From assembly GCF_009914755.1 (NCBI RefSeq), contig NC_060935.1: DNA of 64,000 bases; one strand, given 5' to 3'. This document shows, in pieces, positions 27,592-40,879 of this stretch. This DNA comes from the human T2T-CHM13v2.0 reference genome, Homo sapiens. The translations under genes were made by a program, and so were the position numbers. Below the pieces are notes generated by a model, which worked only from the letters and a program-made list of their open reading frames with translations, was not told where the DNA came from and searched no databases. Positions within the stretch are counted from its first letter, which is position 1; the number at the start of each line of letters is the position of its first letter.

Positions 27592-29060
27592 ATGGGACAA
27601 CAGTTATCAGCACAACAGAAGCAGTATATAAAAGTATTGAAACAGCTGCTTAAAGCTAGCAGAGACTCGGTTTTGCAGGCTCAATTAAGGGACCTAATGC
27701 AAATAGCTGTTTTCCATAACCCATGGTTCCCAGAAGAAGATATGCTAGACGTAGAGCTCTGGGAACAAGTGGGAAGATATCTTAAATAACATCATGTGCA
27801 AGGGCAATGGGTCCCAGTAACATCTCTAACATTATGGGCCTTAGATAGGGCAGCTCTGGCCCTGTTTTACACAGAAGAGCCTCAGAAGGGAAGGGAAGAG
27901 GAAACATCACCTACCTTACCTACTCCTTATCCCTCGGCCCTGCTATCACCGGGCCAAAACAACAAAGAGGAAACAGATGTTTCGCCTGAGCCCCCTCCTC
28001 CAATAAATTGGAAAAAATACAAGGGATATGCTACAGCTATGGGACCCTGTCTTAGGCAAGCAGCATTAGAAGAGGAGCTCTTAGCCTGCCCGGTAGTGCA
28101 AGATTGACAGGACAATGAAGTGCATGAACCCATTTCTTTTAATGCTTATAAAGAGCTAAGAAAAAGCACTAAAGAAAATGGAGCCGCTAGCCCATTTATG
28201 AATGGAATGATTGAAGCCATGGCAGACAACTTCCGTATGACCCCATGTGACTGGTCAGTGCTAGCTAAAACAAGTTTGGAGCCCAGCCATTACCTCCTCT
28301 GGAGGGCAGAATATGATGAGTTGTGCGAACAACAAGCCAACCAGAATAAGGTGGCCAGGCAAGACATAACAGCTGCTATGCTCCAGGGGAGGGCCCCCAT
28401 GCCGATGTACAACAACAACTAATTTTGATCCCCAGGTCTATCCACAGGTGTCTTTGCACACTCTCAGGGCATAGGACTGAATTCCTGGAAGCAGAGTTCA
28501 ACAGGGATCTTTTATAAATGTTCAATGAGGGCCACAGGAGCCATTTGTTGAGTCTATCAGTCAGTTAACCCAGGCAATTAAGAGACAAATTAGTCAGGCC
28601 CAGGCCGCTGATATATTATTGTTGCAATTGTTTTATGAAAACGCTAATGTGGATTGCCAACAAGCATTTCAGGCAATCAGAGGAAAGGCAGCCACAGTCA
28701 GGGAACTTATACGAGCATGTCAATTGGTGGGGACTGAAACACAGAAAGCCAAAATATTAGCTGTAGCATTAAGGCCTCCTAAAGTGAAAAGGGAGAGAGA
28801 CCCAAATTGTTTTCTATGCAGAGAGCCAGGTCATATGAAGAAGGAATGCCCCAATAATAGAGACCAAGGTAACTCAGGAAAATAACTCACTTCTACATGC
28901 CCCGATGTAAAAAGGGAAAACACTGGGCAAATTAATTCAGGTCCAAATTTGATAAAAACAGCAACCCCACAAGTAACCAGGTGGGAAACTTCATGAGGGG
29001 CCGGCCCCAGGCCCCACTTCAAACTGGGGCAATGCTAGCGGCTTTCCTCGGTCAGATGGA
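27592..29060 (+). pseudogene. gag: HML-5 gag (disrupted)
   Basis: MGQQLSAQQKQYIKVLKQLLK with Gly2, NPWFPEE, ENGAASPF, ENANVDCQ, zinc knuckle CFLCREPGHMKKEC and a decayed second knuckle; several stops and frameshifts. Confidence 0.92.
28983..29030 (+). promoter_or_regulatory. gag-pro -1 ribosomal frameshift signal (slippery heptamer plus H-type pseudoknot)
   Basis: GGGAAAC, 7-nt spacer, stem 1 GGGGCC/GGCCCC, stem 2 GCCCCA/TGGGGC; same architecture as the SRV-1 gag-pro signal. Confidence 0.85.
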
Positions 29061-29769
29061 AGGCCCACAGTCCTCTCTTTCAGAGCAGCCACCACTGGGA
29101 GCACAGGACTGGACTTACTCTGCCCCAACAGATTAGTGCTAAAAGGAGAAGACCCTAAAAAGGTTGCAGCTGGGATCTGGGGCCCACTGCCTCTGGGAAC
29201 AGTGTGATTAGTCCCAGGGCGATCAAGCCTATCCAGTAAAGGAATTAATGTGCTCACCAGGGTAATTGATAGTGATTATCAAGGTGAGATATTAGTTATG
29301 ATGGAATGTAAAGGTCTGTATATTCTTCCTCCTGGATCAAAGATCGCTCAGTTACTGCTTTTACCATATTGGGTCCCCAATGCTCACGGAAAGGAAAGGG
29401 GAAAGGGAAGTTTTGGAAGCATAGGAGCCACAGGAGTATATTGGAATCAATTAATCACTGATCAGAGACCCATGATCACCTTAAAAATTGGAAATAAGAA
29501 TGTCACTGACTTATTGGACACGGGAGCAGATATTCCAATCATTAGTGATCAAAACTGGCCAGAAACTTGGCCTTGGGTCACTCAGAAACAAAAAATTGTC
29601 AACATCGGGGAAGTGCGCACAGCCAAGCAGAGCACACGCCCCCCAACCTGTTGGATTCAGAGGGAAGAAAGGCAGTTATACAACCTTTAATCATGCCTAT
29701 CCCTGTTAATCTTTGGGGACAGGACCTATTAGCCCAATGTGGGGGGTCACTCTGCAGACCCCTTTCTAA
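28985..29769 (+). pseudogene. pro: HML-5 pro: dUTPase plus aspartic protease (disrupted)
   Basis: dUTPase motifs TGLDL, GRSS, VIDSDYQGEI, KIAQLLL, RGKGSFGS; protease LLDTGADI and NLWGQDLL. Confidence 0.92.
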
Positions 29770-32630
<2,861 letters not shown>

Positions 32631-33684
32631 ATGAAGGAAATGACCCTGCAGGAACTGCAGCCCCAGATGATGTGGCTTCCTTGGACAACACAAGCCCCAG
32701 ACATTACCCGGGGGATGCTGAAGAAGATGACTCAGAAGACTGAGTGAATCCTGCTCCAGAAACAGACACTATTCACTCCAGACAATTTGTTCCTTGCTAC
32801 GCTCTCTGTTGTACGTTGCAACTCGTGTAGGCTATTGATCCTTTTTATGCTCTTGCTTTGTCTTCAACCTGTACCTGCTACACTCTATTGGGCTCATATA
32901 TTAGATCCGCCTTTCTTTCACCCTGTCACCTGGGCAGACACCCCCTTCCCAGCCTCTAATAACATAACTGCTTGGCTAGGAGGGATAGATTTAACCCCAG
33001 TGGGGTCCCTCATTAACGGCACACATTGGACTAAGGTGCCAGGTAACACTACATATCACTCCACTATCCTCCCACTGTGTTCAAGTTATAAAAGTTCTAA
33101 CCCTTACTGTGTACCTGCCCAAACACAATTATGGCTACATCATGGCAAAGGAAATGCCTTAAGAGTCTTAGTTGCAGGTATCCTCAAACTGGGCACTGCA
33201 ACCGATGCCGCTTTCCCAAACATTCTTCTGGCTAAAGAACAAAGCCAGGAAAGTAATGGATTCCACTTTAGCTGGGAGGTCTGTCACAGGGAACAGGCCC
33301 ATAGCCTCCAATTAGGCAGTTATAGAATCTTAGACTGGAGCCTCCACAGCCATTTGCAGGGCAATCGTACTGATGTTTTGTGTCTATTATGGCATCAATG
33401 ACAGTTTCATAGCCACATCCTGTTCCCCTATAATTTGGGCCGATAGGGGGTTGGAATGTCCCAGACCCCAAGTAGAGTCCATGCCACCCCAAGACAATTT
33501 ATGGCACCTGGGATATCTTAGCATCCCCCCCTTAACACCTGGCATGGGACATATCATAATTCCAGTTACAATTTTTTTATACTATGACCTTTTTTCATAA
33601 TCACTTTAATCAGTGCCTGATTTGCACTAGCCATCCATATGTTTTCCTTATGGAAAATCTTATTTTATTTTATTTTTTTTAATA

Positions 33685-33761
33685 CAAAAATAAAAAATAG
33701 AACCTGCCATATGATCCAGCAATCTTACTTCCAGGAATATATCCAAAAGAATTAAAAGCAT
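33685..33761 (+). mobile_element. Short L1 ORF2 C-terminal remnant
   Basis: aaaatagaacctgccatatgatccagcaatcttacttccaggaatatatccaaaagaatt ([16 protein letters not shown] motif). Confidence 0.75.
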
Positions 33762-34065
33762 GGCCAGGATGGGCGTGGTGGCTCATACTTGCAATCCCAG
33801 CACTTTGGGAGGCCAAGGTGGGTGGATCACGAGGTCAGGAGATTGAGACCATCCTGGCTAACATGGTGAAACCCCATCCTTATTAAAAATACAAAAAATT
33901 AGCCAAGCGTGGTGGCGGGTGCTGTAGTCCCAGCTACTCAGGAGGCTGAGGCAGGAGAATGGCGTGAACCCAGGAGGAAGCTTGCAGTGAGCTGACATCT
34001 CACCACTGCACTCCATCCTGGGTGACAGAGCAAGACTCTGTCTCAAAAAAAAAAAAAAAAAAAAA
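33762..34065 (+). mobile_element. AluY/Sc-type element
   Basis: gagaccatcctggctaac, gaatggcgtgaacc, poly-A; degenerate TSD aaagaattaaaagca / aaagaatggaaagca. Confidence 0.93.
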
Positions 34066-34119
34066 GAATGGAAAGCAAGGCCACCACTTGCCTTTACAAT
34101 AATGATCCAGACTTTGCAC

Positions 34120-34595
34120 ACCTATATTCATTTCCTCTCTGATTGACCAAAACTTTGTCATAGGCCACACCTACTGCAAGAGAAGCTTGGAAATACAATG
34201 TTTAGGTAAGTTTCTGTATTTGTTTTCTAGTGTCGTATAACAAATTATCACAACCTTAGCAGCCTAACATGACACACATTTATTATCTCATAATTGCTGT
34301 GGATCAGGAGTCTCGGCAAGATTTTGCTGGATCCTCTGCTCAGGATCTCACCAGGCTGAAATCAAGGTGTTGGACAGGCTGTGTTCTCATCTGGAGGCGT
34401 GATTGGAAGAATTTATTTCCAAACTTATTCAGGTTGTCACCAAATCTCTGCACCTTTGCCATGTAACATAATCTAATCACAGGAGTAAAATCTCATCACA
34501 TTCGCAAGTCCTGCCACACTCATGGGGAGACAATATACAGGATATATACAGCAGTGTTGAGTCTTGTGGGTAATCTTAGAATTCAACCTATCTCA
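34120..34595 (-). mobile_element. MLT1-family MaLR LTR fragments
   Basis: tgtcataggccacacctactgcaagagaagc and ataacaaattatcacaacc...aggctgaaatcaaggtgttgg. Confidence 0.7.
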
Positions 34596-35393
34596 GTGCC
34601 CATTTGCCTAACTAAAAATTTTGTTACTGTGTAAGAAGCAGGAAATAGATTTTGGGAGAGGGCTAATAGTTGTCCTTCTTTTGGTAACAAAAAATCTGTG
34701 TGCCCCCTCTTAATAATACACAGAACATGGTTCTTCCTTCTCAAGGGCAAAACTATAAATCTCCTTAGTAATTCTTTACAGCTCAAGGCCCAGTATTTGT
34801 GGGAGCAATGCAGTTCTCGGCATCATTTCCAGATATGGCTTCTTGTGCTCTGGTATTCTATACAACTATAAAAAAATTAGATTCACCTCCCCACTCACAC
34901 ATACCTTTATTATATGATGGTGGATCAGGAACAGGATTAGTACAATAAGAAATCATATTCAAAAAAGGAAAGACTGGGAAACAGTTGGTGATTTCTGGAA
35001 ATTATAAGCTCCTGCTGGATAGGAATAATAAAAACTCCCTGTTTTAACAATAAATGTTTTGTTTAGCTCATTTGGCATTCCATATTTCTTTTCTCTGGGA
35101 GGAACACCTTTGTTCATTATTCTCCCTGGCCTGTTTGGAGTACGTTTTTCCTTGCCTATTTTGCTCCATGATACATTTGAGATAGGCATTGGAGAGAATT
35201 TATTTTGTGTGGAGGCAGGGAGTTCATCACATCTTTTGCAGCTATCTTCTAGATGCAAGTTTATAGGCCTTCAGGTTGCTTTAGCACTCAAATAATCATA
35301 GATTTTTGTATAATAGAACTGACTTGGTGCTTCTTTGCCAATATAATTTCCTCAAAACTTAGGCATCTGGTCTATATTTATTGTCAGTTGTGT

Positions 35394-35400
35394 GCATGTG

Positions 35401-35460
<60 letters not shown>

Positions 35461-35471
35461 TATATATATAT
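35394..35471. repeat. (TG)n microsatellite flanked by (TA)n
   Basis: About 21 TG units followed by TA repeats. Confidence 0.97.
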
Positions 35472-36009
35472 ACAACAGCCAAAGGTTTCTATTAGAGTAG
35501 TTTAATGCATGAAAAGTCTGGTGTTCTCTTTTCTGCCCTCTGTACTCTGCTAGCTATTTTAAACAGAAAAGCATTTCAGATGGAATTAGATGCCTATAAA
35601 ATCATGAAAGGGATGAAGTAGTGGATTCCAGGTAGCACCTTCAGAAATGATTCTCAGAATGACATAGCTAAACAGGCTTTGCAAAGGAACAGGCTTTAGC
35701 AGCCTGTGCTAAAATGAGGAAAGTGGAGATTTGAGAATGTTGCCATTAGAACTGATGCAATTACTATAAACAAGCTATAATCCAACGATCAAGAAACACA
35801 GAACTTCAAGGCTGGCAATCAGCCAAAACAGTAAATAGATTGTCTCTGTCTCACTACCATTTTCCAAGTATTTTGTGAATGCATCTAATTAACAGAACTG
35901 ATGTTATATTCATGACTTTATATCTAAGAAAGTCTGAAAAATGTATTTTGTAGCTTTCCCACCTCTGCAGTTTTAGGAAGCCCACTAGAAAGAGTGTGTA
36001 AAATGCTGA

Positions 36010-36403
<394 letters not shown>

Positions 36404-36419
36404 CTATTTCACTTTCAGA

Positions 36420-39400
36420 AACACCATTCTACTACTACTTAAACTTCTAAATAATAATTGCACAACATATGCTTCCAGTCACAATGAAACTATTCATCAT
36501 AGAGATAAAAACATGCTTCTATAAAAGGAGAAACCCAAAATCTCATCAGTATCTGTAACTATCTCTGAATGATGTTTACTCCTTTTCTAGTTAAATCACA
36601 ACCCTGACATAATATCCTGTAACCAACCCAAGGATATTATGGCATTGAAAAATAATATTAATATGATTGAATAATAAAATCAATCAGTCATACTATATAA
36701 AACAATAGAGAGAAGAGAGATGAATGAATGAGAAAAACATAGACATAATAGTACAAAGAAGAAAATATGGGCAGCTTTTATAGGCCTTATTTCTGCAGTT
36801 TATCACCAAGACATTGATTACTACTTATAATTCTTTCTTCCCAAACTCCTATCCTGTCCTCTTTATCCTCCTTTATTACCTCAGCTAGTTGCTGTTCTTT
36901 GCCTTTTTAGATAATCTAAATGTTGGTTGCTGAAAGATATGAACATACAGAATTCCTGCCTGTATTGTGTGTCTGTAACGTTTCATTGTCTTTTATCATT
37001 GGATAGCAGTTTGATATGTTCTGGCTGTGGCCCCACTGAAATCTCATCTTGAATTGTAATCCCCATAATCCCCACATTTCAGGGGAGGGACCCAGTGGGA
37101 AGTGATTGCATCATGGTGACAGTTTCCCCCATGATGTTCTCATGATAGTGAGTGTGTCCTCATGAGATCTGATGGTTTTATAAGTGTCTGACATTACCCC
37201 TGCTTGCACTCACTTCTTCCTGCTGCCCTGTGAAGAAAGTCCCTGCTTCTGCTTCACTTTCTGCCATGGTTGTAAGTTTTCTGAGGCCTCCCCACCCATG
37301 CAGAACTGTGAGTTAATTAAACCTCTTTTCTTTATAAATTACCCAGTCTCAGGTATTTCTTTATAGCAGTGAGTGAATGGACTAATACAGTAAACTGATA
37401 CCACAGGAAGTGGTGTGCTGCTATAACGATACCCAAAAATGTGGAAGTGACTTTGGAATGGGGTAACAGGCAGAGGTTGGAACAATTTGGAGGGCTCAGA
37501 AGACAGGAAGATGTGGGAAAGCTCAAAACTTCCTAGAGACTTGTTGAATGGCTTTGTTCAACAAATTGTTCAACAAATCAATGGCTTTTTGAATGCTGAT
37601 AGTGATATGGACAATAAAGTCCAGGCTGAGGTGGTCTCAGATGGAGATAAGGAACTTGCTGGGAACAGGAATAAAGGTGGCTTTTGCTATGCTTTAGCAA
37701 AGTGACTGGCAGAATTTTGCCCCTGCCATAGAGGTCTGGGAAACTTTAACTTCAGAGAGATGATTTAGGATATCTCACAGAAGAAATTTCTAAGCAAGAA
37801 AGCATTCAAGAGGTGACTTCGGTGCTCTTAAAAGCATTCAGTTTTATGCATTCACAAAGAGATTGTTTGGAATTGGAACTTACGTTTAAAAGGGAAGCAG
37901 AGCATAAAAGTTTAAAATATTTGCAGCCTGACGATGTGATAGAAAAGAAAAAGCCATTTTCTGAGGAGAAGTTCAAGCTGGCAACAGAAATTTGCATAAG
38001 TAATGAGGATCCAAATGTTAATCGCCAAGACAATAGTGAAAATGTCTCCAGGGCATGTCAGATGTCTTCAAGGGAGCCCCTTTTATCACAGGCCCAGAGG
38101 CCTAGGAGGAAAAAATGATTTCGTAGGCTAGGCCCAGGGCCTTGCTTCTTTGTGCAGTCTCATGACTTGGTGCCCAGCGTCCTAGCTGTGAATAAAAGGG
38201 GTCAATGTACAGCTCAGGCCATTGCTTCAGAGGGTGCAAGCTCCAAGCCTTGGTGGCTTCCATGTGATGTTGGGCCTGTGGATGCACAGAAGTCAATAAT
38301 CGAGGTTTAGGAACCTCTGCCTAGATTTCAGATGTATGGTAATGTCTGGATGTCCATGCAGAAGTTTGCTGCAGAGATGGAGCCTTCATGGAGAACCTCT
38401 GCTAGGGTAGTGTGGAAGGGAAATGTGGGCTCACAGCCCCCACACACAGTCCCCACTGGGGTATTGCCTACTGGAGCTATGAAAAGAGGGCCACTGTCCT
38501 CCAGACCCCAGAATGGTAGATCCACTGACAGCTTGCACCATTAACCTGGAAAAGCAACAGACACTCAACACCAGTCCATGAAAGCAGCTGGGAGGGGGCT
38601 TGCATCCTGCAAAGCCACAGGGGCAGAGCTGCTCAAGACCATGAGAGCCCACTCCTTGCATCAGCATGACCTGGATGTGACATGTGGTTTCAAAGGAAAT
38701 TATTTAGGAGCTTTAAGATTTAATGACTGCCATGTTGGATTTTGGACCTGCATGGGGCCTGTAGCCATTCTGTTTTGGCCAATTTCTCCCTTTTGGAATG
38801 GATGCATTTACCCAATGCTTGTATCCCCATTGTATCTTGGAAGTAACCAACTTGCTTTTGATTTTACAGGCTCCTAGGCAAAAGAGACTTGCATTGTCTC
38901 AGATAAGACTTTGGACTTGGACTTTTGGGTTAATGCTGAAATGAGTTAAGACTTTGGAGGACTGTTGGGAAGGCATGATTGTGTTTTGAAATGTGAAGAC
39001 ATGAGATTTGGGAGGGGTTGGGGTGGAATGATATGGGTTGCCTTTGTCCCCACACAAGTCTCATCTTGAATTGTAATCCCAATAATCCCCACATGTCATG
39101 AAAGGGACCCAGTGGTAAGTCACTGGATCATGGGGGCAGTTTCCCCCATGCTGTTCTCATGCTGGTGAGTAGGTTCTCACAAGATCTGATGGTTTTATAA
39201 GTGTCTGGCTTTTCCCTTGCTTGCATCCACTTCTCTTTCCTGCCACCCTGTGAAGAAGGTGTCTTCTTCTGCTTTGCCTTCTGACATGATTGTAATTTTT
39301 CTGAGGCCTACTCATCCAGGTGGAACTGTGAGTCAATTAAACTTTTTTTCTTTATAAATTGCCTACTCTCAGATATTTCTTTATAGCAGAATGAGAAAGA

Positions 39401-40690
39401 ACTAATACACAGTTCAAAGAAGCACTTCTGGAAGGTCCCCTAGATTTCAAATATGTTTTTTCTTGTCTTCATTGTGTAGCAGCACCCCATATCCCTTTGA
39501 TAATCAGGATCAATCACTAACTGATTCAGTAACTTCTTTTTTACATATTAATTAAGCAATACAGGGATCTCAAAATGAACTGATGTGAGTCTTAACTTCT
39601 GCTTTTGTGAGATTATTGTTATTTCCCTTAATGAAATTTTCCATTCCTTGGGTATTAAGCCTGTAATCCAGCAGAGAAGGAAAAACATTTTGCAAATAGG
39701 TCATTTGGTACAATAGTGAGTGAACCCACTCTCACTTCCACACCTTCCTTGAGTTATAGATCCACGTATGTCTATGGGAGAGAAAGAGTATCGTATATTG
39801 GAAGCCGTCTCAAGGGATGTGTTGTATTCTATAGGGAAGAATATTAATTTTATAAGATATAATCCCCTGGCCAGTGTCATAACTCAGCCTTGATTATACA
39901 ATTAATGATTCTTGTAACATTTTGCATTGTCTCACTTTAACTGTAAAATGGGTTCCTTGTTCAAATTCAGTGTTAGGTGGAATGCCATGGCAGTGAATAT
40001 ACATTTAGTAATTCTAAAGAAGTTGGGGCTGGGCAAAGCATGACAGGCAGAGAAGAGTAAGTGTTGAATAAGTGTCTGGATAAGTGTCTATCCAGTATAA
40101 GTGTCTGTTCCTCTGAGGACAAATCATTGCCCACTTCATAATGGCAGAGAGTAATATAATCAATCTACTACTAGATGACTGGATGCTCCCTCCCAGGTAT
40201 GCCACCGTATTGAAAACTCAGCATCAGCTTTTGTCACTGGCAACTTAGGCATTTAGTGATGGAGACAGTCAGATTCAGCTTTGCTGAAAGAAAGGACATA
40301 TTTTTCTGTCTATCTGTAGCTCAATTCTTGCCCATCTGGCCACATTGTTTATAGGCTCATTGAGCAAGTACTGGGGTGGCTGAGAAAATAGACCCACTAA
40401 CATCCACAAAATAGGACATATTGTCACCAGATTATTGAGAGCCTCCTCTCTCATGGGTAACTAAGTGTGCATTCACATATAACACAAATTTCTCACACTC
40501 TGGGTCCATTCCAAGATGTCCATCTACAACCTCTTCCTCACATTTCCTTGTCACCAGTCCTCCAAAATGATTTCTTCTATTCACTTGAACATTTGACCAA
40601 ACAGCCTGACACTCACCATAAATAGGTATAGAACTGAAATTCTGATCGTGTCTCCTTACAAGCAAAGTGAAAAACAAAATAGATCTCACT
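36420..40690 (-). mobile_element. Old ERVL/MaLR internal sequence (pol RNase H/integrase remnants), split by the THE1 insertion
   Basis: Minus-strand peptide KFVLYVNAHL and a downstream TPVLAQ*AY-like segment resemble the ERVL RNase H-integrase junction; heavily decayed. Confidence 0.6.
37012..39409 (+). mobile_element. Full-length THE1D-like MaLR (LTR 37012-37389, internal, LTR 39029-39409)
   Basis: Both LTRs run tgatatg...ctaataca; typical THE1 internal region; perfect 5-bp TSD cagtt. Confidence 0.93.
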
Positions 40691-40879
40691 AGCACAGAGC
40701 AGAAAGTAGAATATCATCTGAATGTTGTTTAATATTATTTTGAGTACAAAGGAAAAGATGATAGAATAGCTCAAATAGCACCATAAATGGTTAAACAGAA
40801 CTGCAGTAAAAATGTAGAATGTGAATCTGTATGTTTCAAGGACCAGAGAATCTGTAAATATATTTTACAAAATCAGCCA

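Noticed and set aside
32787-33401. 204-aa ORF as a domesticated env (syncytin/suppressyn-like) gene
   Set aside because: The true start is cut off by an in-frame TGA, the listed start is TTG, and there is no TM or evidence of selection.
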